From positions 93,832 through 157,831 of the forward strand of contig JAFTIR010000039.1 of the NCBI GenBank assembly GCA_017456765.1: a DNA stretch of 64,000 nt, written 5' to 3'. Under the pieces are notes generated by a model that was not told where the DNA came from, did no database searches, and saw only the letters and a program-made list of their open reading frames with translations. Positions 9,003 to 18,063 of this stretch are shown one piece after another. Each line of letters starts with the position of its first letter. Position 1 is the stretch's first letter. Source of the stretch: Clostridia bacterium (lineage in GTDB: Bacteria > Bacillota > Clostridia > Oscillospirales > CAG-382). The translations under genes and the position numbers were made by a program.

Positions 9003-9869
9003 ATGAGCAGAATTACAAACACTATGGCTCTTATTGAATTTCCGCAGGATGCTTCGGAGTATTTCGAGGAAGCTCTTGGAAAAATCCAAGCAGATGAAGC
9101 TCTGGAAAAAGAACTGCGCGAGTTAGAAAAGCTTTACTTTGAAAAATTCACCTGCGAGGAATTGACTGCAAGGCTGCAGAAACTTTCGGAAAATGTGGGT
9201 TTTCATAAGTTTACCATAGATATGATCTTGTTTCTTTGCTGCTGCGAAACTTTGAAAAAAATGTACCTTGAAAAAGGGTACAGCGAAGAGTTTTTTGTCC
9301 ACAACATGAAGGACCTTACATACAAACTCAAAGAGTGTAAAGATACGGAAGGAATTTATGGCACCAAGACATTCCAGTGGTATGATGGCTTTTTCAAAAT
9401 GGAAAGATTTGCCCTCGGTAGACTTCAGTATGAGCACCAGCCAATAGATTTTGATTATAGAGATGTTTTGAAAAAAGGCGATGATGTCATAAACATTCAC
9501 ATTCCCTCAAGCGGACCGCTTTTGAAAGAGGATGTGCAGGAGTCGTTCAAACTGGCATATGAATTTTTTGGTCCGAATTACGGCGACAGAATTATGCTCA
9601 AGTGTGCGACATGGATGCTTTATCCGCCTACTGCAAAGCTTTTGCCTGAGGGCAGTAACATCAGAAAGTTTTACGAGCTTTTTGACGTTGTCCTCGAGAG
9701 AGCACCTGCTGACTGGCATTTGTGGCGTATTTTCGGAGTGGAGGCACAGCCAGAGGATTATAAATCCTTGCCCCAGAACACATCTTTGCAGAAAATTTTC
9801 TATAAGTATCTTAATGAAGGCAACCGAATTGGTGTTGGCTACGGAATTGTTGATTATAAACCTGAATAA
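9003..9869 (+). CDS. protein of unknown function; possibly an N-acyltransferase-like two-domain family (recollection only)
   Basis: 288-aa ORF starting 2 nt after the flavodoxin gene. No catalytic motif that I can name with certainty. Confidence 0.5.
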   Translation: MSRITNTMALIEFPQDASEYFEEALGKIQADEALEKELRELEKLYFEKFTCEELTARLQKLSENVGFHKFTIDMILFLCCCETLKKMYLEKGYSEEFFVHNMKDLTYKLKECKDTEGIYGTKTFQWYDGFFKMERFALGRLQYEHQPIDFDYRDVLKKGDDVINIHIPSSGPLLKEDVQESFKLAYEFFGPNYGDRIMLKCATWMLYPPTAKLLPEGSNIRKFYELFDVVLERAPADWHLWRIFGVEAQPEDYKSLPQNTSLQKIFYKYLNEGNRIGVGYGIVDYKPE

Positions 9870-9870
9870 A

Positions 9871-9900
9871 CAAAGAGCATGGCATAGACCATGCTCTTTG
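9871..9900. terminator. hairpin between convergent genes, possibly a bidirectional terminator
   Basis: CAAAGAGCATGG / CCATGCTCTTTG 12-bp stem with a 6-nt loop. The flanks are only weakly T-rich. Confidence 0.5.
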
Positions 9901-9911
9901 TGTCTGTGCAG

Positions 9912-11171
9912 TTAACCGACGCAGACCCCGTTTTTGCACCTTGCAATACTTGTGTTATCCATTTTTCTGTTTCTGAGTTCGGGAACGGGATGCTCTGCAA
10001 CTTCAAAACGGTAGTCCATGCCCTTTTCTCTGATATACTTGTCAATAACCTGGTGAGAGGGGACACAGGAAACATCGCAGTTGAGTGCCTGCTGGAAGAA
10101 GAAAAACTTCGCGTTGTCGGGTAATGTGTCAATTTCGGGATATTCGTCAAAGTGACTTGTCTTGGTAACTGTATTCTTAAGCACATCTCTGACGTAATCA
10201 ATGTTTTCGTGGAAACATAAAAGCTCAGGAAAATTGCCGTCGGGAATGACTTGCTGCCACTGCTTATTTTCATACTTTGCGAGAAGCTCTGCGGCTTTGT
10301 GGAGGTGTGATACCTCCTGTTCGTAGAACTGTTCCCAAAGCATCTTTGTGCCGTTGTCCTTTTCGTCCATATAGCAGGAATAGTAGAGATAACATTCGCA
10401 ATACTCATGCATAAGCATCATCTCAAGCCATGTGGCATTGGGGTCTGCGAGACTTTCGTACTGGCTTACATGCTGTTCTTCAATAAGACCGATTTCCTGA
10501 TAGAGCCTGCGTCCGATGTCGTTGTGATAGAAGGGAGCGATGTTCATATAGTAATTCATTGTCTGCTGCTCTGCGGCGGTGATGATTGAAACGTTGAGCT
10601 TTGTTATGGGCGCGGCTTTCTTGAAGTCGGTCATGGGTTTTACGTTGTCGTAAGGGTATCTGTGTTCTGCTATTGTAGGACGCCCTGGCATGATTTCCGT
10701 GTATCTTCCGACGAGTTCTTCCGCTCTTATGCCCTTGTCCATTTCAAGGAGATCTGCGTACCTGTAAAGGTGGTCAAAATCCTCTAAGAGTGCAAAATCA
10801 AGGGCCATTTTAACATGATGGTCAGGTTCGCGCTTTGCGAGTATTGCAGTAAGGTCTACTGCAAGCTGTTCGTAGGCAATTGTGGTTTCAAGAGGACTCT
10901 CGTCAATGGGCTTGAGGCAGCTGATTGTCATCTGCTGTTGCTTTTCAACACGGCGAGTTACGGCGATCTCTCGCTTTAGATTCATGTCGGTGCAGTGACG
11001 GGCAAATTGATGACTGAACCAGTTTGCTTCAAACTCTGTACCGTTCATGAGGATAATCCTTGTTTTGGTATACGGATCTGTGCTCATTTTGTTATATGAG
11101 CATGGGTAGATATTGCTCCATGAGGTAAAGGCGGCGTCGACGGGTTTTGCTTTTTGTTCAAAAGGATTCAT
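9912..11171 (-). CDS. ferritin-like (diiron-carboxylate type) protein of unknown function, 419 aa
   Basis: Repeated E...(E/D)xxH patterns: TEFEANW, LEDFDH, TAAEQQT, LIEEQH and YEQEVSH. Confidence 0.6.
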   Translation of the reverse strand: MNPFEQKAKPVDAAFTSWSNIYPCSYNKMSTDPYTKTRIILMNGTEFEANWFSHQFARHCTDMNLKREIAVTRRVEKQQQMTISCLKPIDESPLETTIAYEQLAVDLTAILAKREPDHHVKMALDFALLEDFDHLYRYADLLEMDKGIRAEELVGRYTEIMPGRPTIAEHRYPYDNVKPMTDFKKAAPITKLNVSIITAAEQQTMNYYMNIAPFYHNDIGRRLYQEIGLIEEQHVSQYESLADPNATWLEMMLMHEYCECYLYYSCYMDEKDNGTKMLWEQFYEQEVSHLHKAAELLAKYENKQWQQVIPDGNFPELLCFHENIDYVRDVLKNTVTKTSHFDEYPEIDTLPDNAKFFFFQQALNCDVSCVPSHQVIDKYIREKGMDYRFEVAEHPVPELRNRKMDNTSIARCKNGVCVG

Positions 11172-11265
11172 TTGTTTCTCACCTTTCAGTAGTAATCACA
11201 CAAGTGTGTACAATATATTATTCGAGAAACAATGAAAATAATGCACATTTTCTGCTCAAAATCAT

Positions 11266-11309
11266 AAATAAAAAAAGTTTGCTACCATCGGTGCTTGATA
11301 GTAGCAAAC
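11266..11309 (-). terminator. intrinsic terminator of the 11363..13066 gene
   Basis: GTTTGCTAC / GTAGCAAAC stem, followed on the minus strand by TTTTTTTAT. Confidence 0.65.
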
Positions 11310-11362
11310 TGCTGTCGGTCTTTTGCGAAAATATACTGTGAATTGCCCGCGGTGGCTCACCG

Positions 11363-13066
11363 CTACATGTCGGCAAGCCATACCATGTTGGAACTTTCGC
11401 ACCAGCATGAACCTGCCCAGACAGAGCCAATCCACTTGTCGGTTTCCCAGTCGGACATGTTGACTCTCTCGCAAATAAATCCGCTTCGGAGTTTTTTGTC
11501 GCCCTCCATGTTCCATATGGGACGCTCATCGGTTGCCATGTACTGGCTGACGGTTTCGGTGATTTCTCTGTAAAGAGTCATGTATCTTTCGTCGCCTGTC
11601 CACTCGGAGAGCTTTCGTACACTTGTACCTGAAAGCGTACATATACCCGGCGCTGAGTGCTTGTTCTGGATGTTTGCAATTACTGAGCCGATTGACTTCA
11701 TGCCAAGACGCCCGAATTCGCTCGTCTTCGGGAATTTGAAGTTGTAGGCAACAACCCAGCTTGAGCATATATTTGCAGTGTGCTTCGCATAGGAGAGCCA
11801 CTTTTCGTCTTTCGTTTCGTCATAGAGCCATATGTAGCTTTCAAGAAGTCCGAATGCACTCTCGGAGTCGGGGGCGGAGAGTATTTCTCCGGGACCTCCT
11901 GTTGTGTAGCCCTTTGCGGCAAAGTTTTGGTAGTAGTATTCCCCTAGCTCTTTTGCCGCATCAAGATACTTTTCGTCTTTGAAATATCTGTACGCAAGCA
12001 CAAGACCTGCTGAAACAATTGCCGCACTTGCAGAACCGCCTACATAAATCACCTCGTTGTCTGCTCCTGCAAACTGACCTATCTGACCGTACTTTTTCCA
12101 GAGATTTATAAAACAGTCGGCAGTCCGTCTGATTCCGACTTCAAACTCTTCTGGCACTTTTTCCATGAGTTCAAACTGACGAAGAACATAGTATAGACAG
12201 TCGGCAGATTTTCTGGTAAGTACCCAGTCTTCTGTGCCTGGTGTTCCAAAACCGTCATTTGAAATCTCAAGTTTTTCCGAAACTACGCCGTAAAAGAGTC
12301 CGCTCTTTCCCTGATATTTGAATAAATGACGGATAGTTTTCATAGCACGCTTTTTTTCGAGAGGTGTGCCGAGTTTGAGAAAAGCATAGGTCTGCATAGC
12401 ACCGCCGACCCAGCCGGGCTCCCAGTTGCCGAAGGATTTACCGTTTCCGTATGGGGCATAATACTCTCCGTTTTCCTGCCAACAACAGGAATTAAACTTT
12501 TCCGAGTGAAGCTTCCACTGTTCTTCTTTTGATAAAACAACAGGGAGGGTGTCATCCATGCCCATGATTTTGCGGTTGTCGAAGAATTTCTGATAGAATT
12601 CTTCAATGCTTCTGCAGTCAAACTCAATGAGCTTGTAGGGGATTTCGTCATCAAGTTCCACATACGGCTTTTCGTTTTTGTTCATTCTGAAAAGCTGATA
12701 GAGATATTCACGATTTGCAGGATATGTGAGAATCATCTTGCCGTCCTCGTATGCAATTCCGATGCTTTTGCCGCCAATTTCCTGTACAGTAAAGAGAAGA
12801 TACCCCTTGTTTTCACACCTCTTGTATACACCGATGCAGGGTACGGCAGGGTCTGCGCTTGTAAGCTCTATTTTGCCGCTTCCGTCTTTTTCAAGCCGAG
12901 GGACATCGGTAATGCAGGTCTCCATATCAAGCCTTGCTTCTTCGGGCTTGAACATAGGAGGATAAGGTCTGTCAAGACATCTGAACCTGTTGCCGTCATA
13001 GCAGGCGGCAGGGATAAATATAAAATCGTCCTTGTCAAACTTCACATCTATAACTACTTTTGACAT
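11363..13066 (-). CDS. 567-aa cytoplasmic protein of unknown function, possibly a glycoside-hydrolase-like helical barrel
   Basis: Long clean ORF with no signal peptide. It is W/Y/G-rich (GNWEPGWVGGAMQTYAF, YYYQNFAAKGYTTGGPGE). The fold assignment is a guess. Confidence 0.5.
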   Translation of the reverse strand: MSKVVIDVKFDKDDFIFIPAACYDGNRFRCLDRPYPPMFKPEEARLDMETCITDVPRLEKDGSGKIELTSADPAVPCIGVYKRCENKGYLLFTVQEIGGKSIGIAYEDGKMILTYPANREYLYQLFRMNKNEKPYVELDDEIPYKLIEFDCRSIEEFYQKFFDNRKIMGMDDTLPVVLSKEEQWKLHSEKFNSCCWQENGEYYAPYGNGKSFGNWEPGWVGGAMQTYAFLKLGTPLEKKRAMKTIRHLFKYQGKSGLFYGVVSEKLEISNDGFGTPGTEDWVLTRKSADCLYYVLRQFELMEKVPEEFEVGIRRTADCFINLWKKYGQIGQFAGADNEVIYVGGSASAAIVSAGLVLAYRYFKDEKYLDAAKELGEYYYQNFAAKGYTTGGPGEILSAPDSESAFGLLESYIWLYDETKDEKWLSYAKHTANICSSWVVAYNFKFPKTSEFGRLGMKSIGSVIANIQNKHSAPGICTLSGTSVRKLSEWTGDERYMTLYREITETVSQYMATDERPIWNMEGDKKLRSGFICERVNMSDWETDKWIGSVWAGSCWCESSNMVWLADM

Positions 13067-13159
13067 AAAATTCCTCCGGATTATTATTATACAAATGCAT
13101 TATAGCACTAACAGTGTCGCAAAATCTCGCAAAAACAGAGCCTTATGTGGACAAAATTT

Positions 13160-13191
13160 AACATAAAACGCCTCGGTGTTAACCGAGGCGT
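13160..13191 (-). terminator. intrinsic terminator after the ECF S-component gene
   Basis: ACGCCTCGGT / ACCGAGGCGT stem, followed on the minus strand by TTTATGTT. Confidence 0.7.
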
Positions 13192-13195
13192 AAAA

Positions 13196-13780
13196 TTATT
13201 TGTTCTTTCTGAGATTTATCAGTCTCAAAATTACAGGACTTAAAACAATGTTTGAGATGAGCTCAAATACAAAATTGAGTCCCACAAAGAAAATGATTAT
13301 GTATGCCGCAACGGACATTTTCTCAGCAGAGGCGCCGGCATTTACCGTGTCCATGAAGAACACAAAACAACCGAGAATGAATATTCCTGTGTTAACAACC
13401 GGACAAACGATTGCCGAAACGATAACCGCGAGATAGCGGTTAGCTTTTTCAAGCGCTTTGTAAGCAAGACCTGCAAGATAGCCCGAAAGAACACCCTTTA
13501 CCATGACTGTTATGATTGTTCCGGGAATACTGAGACCGAGCCAGAACACAGAATCTGCAGTAAGGAAAAATACTGCTCCCGCAACGCCGCCGAGGAAGCC
13601 TCCTGCGCCGGGACCGCATAAAGCAGCACCCACAACTACGGGAATGAGTGTCAATGAAATTGATGCAAGTCCGCCAATCTTAATAAAACCGCCAAGATAC
13701 GCGAGAATTGCAACGAGTGCACCGAGCAAAGCTAAAAGTGCAAGTTTTTGTGTCGACATCTTTTTTGCATTTGATGCCAT
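13196..13780 (-). CDS. ECF-transporter substrate-specific (S) component; pantothenate-type is plausible from context
   Basis: About 194 aa with about 6 TM segments that are G/A-rich (GAALCGPGAGGFLGGVAGAVFF). The ATG at 13780 follows GGAGGA. It lies directly downstream of coaX on the same strand. Confidence 0.65.
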   Translation of the reverse strand: MASNAKKMSTQKLALLALLGALVAILAYLGGFIKIGGLASISLTLIPVVVGAALCGPGAGGFLGGVAGAVFFLTADSVFWLGLSIPGTIITVMVKGVLSGYLAGLAYKALEKANRYLAVIVSAIVCPVVNTGIFILGCFVFFMDTVNAGASAEKMSVAAYIIIFFVGLNFVFELISNIVLSPVILRLINLRKNK

Positions 13781-13865
13781 AATAATTCCTCCTTGCTGTC
13801 GTCCTCTTGCGAGGTACAACGCATAAAATTTGTTTATATTAACCCTTTCGGGTAATATACATACC

Positions 13866-14630
13866 TTAAGTGTTTTTTTTGTATATGATGTTCAGCCCTT
13901 TAAGAACCAGATGCTCGTCAACGGTTATTCTGTGCTTGCAGAAAGAGATAATTGTATCGCAAAGACCGCCCGTTGCAATTACACGCAAAGTATCTCCGGT
14001 TTCCTCGCAGAACCTGTCAATCATGCCGTCAATCATGGAAGCGTTTCCGTAAACAACACCTGATTTCATGCTGTCGGCGGTGTTCTTCCCGATTAAGTGA
14101 CTTGGTGCCTCGAGACTTACCTGCGGAAGCTGTGCCGTACCCGAGGACAGAGCCTTGAGTCCCATTATAACACCGGGGATGATTGATACACCGACAAATG
14201 TTCCGTTCTTGTCGATAAGCGACATTTTTGTTGCAGTTCCCATGTCTATGACAAGGCAAGGGCTTTCGTAAAGTTTGTTCGCCGCAACGCAGGAGCAGAT
14301 TATGTCGGAGCCGACAGAGGCAGGATTGTCGCAATGAATTCCAAGACCGGTTTTAATGCCGGGACCTACAAGAAGAGAGTCTATACCGAAAGCAAATTTT
14401 ACTGCCTTTTTTATAACCGAATTGAGAGGAGGAACAACTGACGAAATGATACAGCCGTCAATGCAGCTTCTGTCAACGCTTTTCAGTGACAGTACATCAA
14501 GAATGATGCTTGCATACTCGTCCTCTGTCTTGGCTGTATCTGTGGATATTCTTGAAACAAACGAAAGTTTTTCTTCATCAAATCCGCCAAGCACTATGTT
14601 TGAGTTGCCTATATCAACGCAGAGTACCAT
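13866..14630 (-). CDS. coaX: type III pantothenate kinase
   Basis: MVLCVDIGNSNIVLGG (phosphate-1 motif), VIDMGTATK and ATGGL. The start is set at the ATG at 14630. Confidence 0.9.
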   Translation of the reverse strand: MVLCVDIGNSNIVLGGFDEEKLSFVSRISTDTAKTEDEYASIILDVLSLKSVDRSCIDGCIISSVVPPLNSVIKKAVKFAFGIDSLLVGPGIKTGLGIHCDNPASVGSDIICSCVAANKLYESPCLVIDMGTATKMSLIDKNGTFVGVSIIPGVIMGLKALSSGTAQLPQVSLEAPSHLIGKNTADSMKSGVVYGNASMIDGMIDRFCEETGDTLRVIATGGLCDTIISFCKHRITVDEHLVLKGLNIIYKKNT

Positions 14631-14686
14631 TTGTGCCACCCCTTTCACATTTTATGGCGATATTATATCACCATTTTTCGAAAAAA

Positions 14687-15259
14687 TCAAGCATTTTGCA
14701 ACTGTTTACTTTTTCTGTTTGCAAGCCTTAAAACAATGGGTCTGTTGTATCTTTGTACGATTATAAACTGGGCATCAAAGATCATGGCAGCAAACGCCGA
14801 GATTAAAAATGCCGCAGGACAACCCCATATAAAAACAAAAAATATACTTACAACCGATATTATTTCGTTAATCCAGTGGTCGGTTTCAGATTTTGCCATG
14901 GTGGTTGCGAGCTGTTCAAGGGTTCTTTTTTCGAAATCATACATTTCAGGCTCAAAGGTAAGCACCTTGTCCTTCCATTTACGTACTTTCAAAAATTTGT
15001 AGAGCTGTTTCTCGAATTTTCTCTGCGCAAACCAAGGATGAGTGTATGTAATATTCCATTTTTTTGTGACGTTACCCATGAAAACGCGAAGCCCAAAATG
15101 GTAGAGAATCATAAAGGATACAATGCCCGTCCAGAGAACAATTGCATTTTCAGAAATTCCCGAATAGTGCAGGGCAAAGCATATCGCCGATATTACTATT
15201 GTTAGGACAATAACGCTGTACATGAATATGGCAGGTCCGCTTAGGGACTTGTTTTTCAT
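14687..15259 (-). CDS. integral membrane protein, possibly a CrtO-like acyltransferase family (recollection)
   Basis: 190 aa with 4 TM segments. ATGA overlap with the upstream rlmD. Confidence 0.55.
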   Translation of the reverse strand: MKNKSLSGPAIFMYSVIVLTIVISAICFALHYSGISENAIVLWTGIVSFMILYHFGLRVFMGNVTKKWNITYTHPWFAQRKFEKQLYKFLKVRKWKDKVLTFEPEMYDFEKRTLEQLATTMAKSETDHWINEIISVVSIFFVFIWGCPAAFLISAFAAMIFDAQFIIVQRYNRPIVLRLANRKSKQLQNA

Positions 15260-16626
15260 AGGGAGGTCCTTTCGAGTTTTACTACGGATTCGACATGCCC
15301 TGTCCTCGGAAACATATCAACAGCGCTTGCCCTTACTGCCTTATAACCGAGCGTTTCAAATTCCGCCAAATCCCGCGCAAGCGTGGCAGGGTCGCAGGAA
15401 ATGTAGACAATTCTTTTTGCGCCTAAAGCTGCAATTTTTCCGACAGCTCCCACACAACCTTTTCTGGGTGGGTCAACGGTAATAACATCGGGGCAGAGAT
15501 TTTTTACATATTCGTCGTCAAGGGCGTTTTCTGTCGGGAGCGCCGCAAATTCTGCTTCTATTCCATTGAGGTTTGCATTAAACTCTGCATCCCTTGCCGC
15601 CTGCTCAACAACCTCAACACCATAAAGACGTGTGCCTTTATCTGCGATGCAAAGACCCACAGAGCCTGTGCCGCAGTAAAGGTCAACAAGCTTTTCTCCT
15701 TCTTTAAGAGCGGCATATTCTTTTGCAACAGAATATAAAACTTCTGCCTGCTCTCTGTTTACCTGCCAGAAGGATGCAGGTGTAATCCTGAATTTTCTGC
15801 CGAGAAGCTCATCATAGATGTATCCGTCTCCGAAAAGCGTTCTCCAATCGTCTCCCAAAATGACATTTGTGTTTCTTGTGTTTACATTTATGAGGATGGT
15901 TTTTATTTGAGGAAAACTTTCAAGGATGTAAGCGACAAATTTGCTCTCCACAACTTTTGAAACCAATTCTTTTCCATTAAGCACCAGAGAAAGAGAAATA
16001 TTTCCGTTTTTTGTGCTTCTTAAATGAATGCTTCTCACAAGCCCCTTTCCCGTTTCCTCGTTGTAGACGGAAATTGCGTTTTCATTTATGAAATCAATAA
16101 TCCGGTCGCGGATTTTTACAAAAATCGGGTTTGAAATCAAGCAATTATCGTGCTCAACCAAACGGTGTGACATCTGCGCGTAAAAGCCCGAAATTGCCTT
16201 TCCGTCTTTTGATGTGCCGACAGGGTAGACCGCCTTGTTGCGATAGAAGCACGTGTCTTTTGCACCGTAGAATTTTTCTACCCTTAAATCTAATTTTCCT
16301 ATTCGAGCGAGAGCGTCGTTTACTGTGTTTTCCTTGAACTCACACTCTTTTTCATAGCTTATGTGCTGGAATGTGCAACCGCCGCAGCTTTTTGAAAAAG
16401 GACAGCCGTCCTCATATCTGTATGGTGACGGCTGTATTATTTCAAGTATTTTTGCAACGGCATAGCTTTTTGTCACCTTGATAATGTGTGCTTTTATTAC
16501 ATCTCCCGGTGCGGCAGACGGAACGAATACCACAAACCCGTCCTGCATACGGCAAATTGCATTGCCATTTCCAAGCAAAGTTTCAGCGGTAAGTTCAAGT
16601 GTGTCGTTTTTCTTTAAGCTTGCCAT
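15256..16626 (-). CDS. rlmD: 23S rRNA (uracil-C5)-methyltransferase, RlmD/RumA family
   Basis: N-terminal TRAM domain, Cys cluster CPFSKSCGGCTFQH, SAM motif VDLYCGTGSVG and the catalytic region DPPRKG. Confidence 0.9.
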   Translation of the reverse strand: MASLKKNDTLELTAETLLGNGNAICRMQDGFVVFVPSAAPGDVIKAHIIKVTKSYAVAKILEIIQPSPYRYEDGCPFSKSCGGCTFQHISYEKECEFKENTVNDALARIGKLDLRVEKFYGAKDTCFYRNKAVYPVGTSKDGKAISGFYAQMSHRLVEHDNCLISNPIFVKIRDRIIDFINENAISVYNEETGKGLVRSIHLRSTKNGNISLSLVLNGKELVSKVVESKFVAYILESFPQIKTILINVNTRNTNVILGDDWRTLFGDGYIYDELLGRKFRITPASFWQVNREQAEVLYSVAKEYAALKEGEKLVDLYCGTGSVGLCIADKGTRLYGVEVVEQAARDAEFNANLNGIEAEFAALPTENALDDEYVKNLCPDVITVDPPRKGCVGAVGKIAALGAKRIVYISCDPATLARDLAEFETLGYKAVRASAVDMFPRTGHVESVVKLERTSL

Positions 16627-16655
16627 ATTCTGTTTTCCTTAAAATCGTTAATCAA

Positions 16656-17879
16656 TTATTCGGCTGTTGTTTCTTCTGTGCTTTCAGATTGAGTTTTGGC
16701 CATTAATTCTTCATATTCGACTGCAAAATCAGCAATTCTCGCGTCGCAATTATCTGTGTAGACAACCTCGTAGCTGTCGAGATTTGCTGTAATATCATTA
16801 TACAATGCAGTGCCAAAGTTGTCAAAGAAAATCTGGGAATCGTAAATTGCATCATCGTCAAGAGGGAGTCTGAGAAGAATGTGATAGCCGTAGGGAGTTT
16901 CAACAAGTCCGCTTGTCTTTCCTTCTTCGAGCGCATATGCCGCTTCTTCAAAGGCGGCTACCATTTCACCCTTTGTGAAGTAATATCCGCCGGGATAACT
17001 CTCCATGCCGGGATCTTCGTTGTATTCCTTGACAAGTGCGTCAAACTCGGAAATGTCACCCATTGCATTAACCTTTTCAAGAGCCTCGTTTGCCTTGTCA
17101 AGAGTTGCCTGCTTCTGGGCATCTGTAAGCTCTCCGTTTTCTCCTTCACCCGCAGGGAACTGGATAAGAATATGCTTAGCTCTCACGTAGTCGTTGGCAT
17201 TACAGTATTCAAGTGTTTCTTCGTGAACCTTTTTTGACATATCGGAGTCGTGGTCGAGTCTCATTTCTTCAAAGAGTCTTGAGTAGAGAGACTGGAGAAC
17301 AGATGTCTGGAAATAATAGAAAAATTTAGTGTAAGGGGATTCAGCAAAGGCTGTCTCGTAGTTATCACCAAGCTGGAACTGCATGGATGTAATATTTGCC
17401 TTGATGGAATTGATGTCCTGCTTTGTGAGGCTGATGTTGTTTTTGTATGCGTATTCAATGAGAGCGGCGTTTCCTTTGTAGAAAAGCTCAATTTCGTCTT
17501 TGATTTCTTCTTCTGTGAGTTTACCTTCGTTAGGTGCATCAACAACCATATATGTGTATCTCACGTTTGTGGCGCTGATGGGAAGAACGCCCACTGTTCC
17601 GAGAACTTCTTCGTCAAGGGGGGCTTTGGGTTCGATTTCTGCAAGAACGTTTTCCAAAGATTCGTTATACTTTTCAAGTGAGTCAAAGTTGAGCTCTGCG
17701 ACGATTTCATCACTGTCATCTGCAGCCTTGTCTTCCGAAGCTTCGTCCTTGTTTTCCTGAACTTCTTCTTTCTTTTCTTCTTTTTCCTCTTCTTTGGGAG
17801 CGTCCCCTATCTTACAAGAGGTTAGCGCAACACAAAGAATCATTGTTAATGCAAGAATGATAGCTAATGTTTTTTTCAT
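16656..17879 (-). CDS. PrsA/SurA-like parvulin peptidyl-prolyl isomerase lipoprotein
   Basis: MKKTLAIILALTMILCVALTSC is a signal peptide with lipobox. An acidic linker follows, then a parvulin core (KHILIQF, ETPYGYHILLRL). The alternative upstream ATG at 17900 lacks an SD. Confidence 0.85.
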   Translation of the reverse strand: MKKTLAIILALTMILCVALTSCKIGDAPKEEEKEEKKEEVQENKDEASEDKAADDSDEIVAELNFDSLEKYNESLENVLAEIEPKAPLDEEVLGTVGVLPISATNVRYTYMVVDAPNEGKLTEEEIKDEIELFYKGNAALIEYAYKNNISLTKQDINSIKANITSMQFQLGDNYETAFAESPYTKFFYYFQTSVLQSLYSRLFEEMRLDHDSDMSKKVHEETLEYCNANDYVRAKHILIQFPAGEGENGELTDAQKQATLDKANEALEKVNAMGDISEFDALVKEYNEDPGMESYPGGYYFTKGEMVAAFEEAAYALEEGKTSGLVETPYGYHILLRLPLDDDAIYDSQIFFDNFGTALYNDITANLDSYEVVYTDNCDARIADFAVEYEELMAKTQSESTEETTAE

Positions 17880-18063
17880 AAGTTTAATACTTCCTTTCAT
17901 GTATAGCTATTTACACTAATTAACAGAATACCCCCTTTGTGTGAAAGCCGTGTGAAGTAATTGCAACATTTTACAATTTATACAAACAAACCTGTCTTAT
18001 TTTGGTGTATAATACATACTAGGATAAAATACCACAGGTATGCTGAAATGGAGGTGGGGAATA

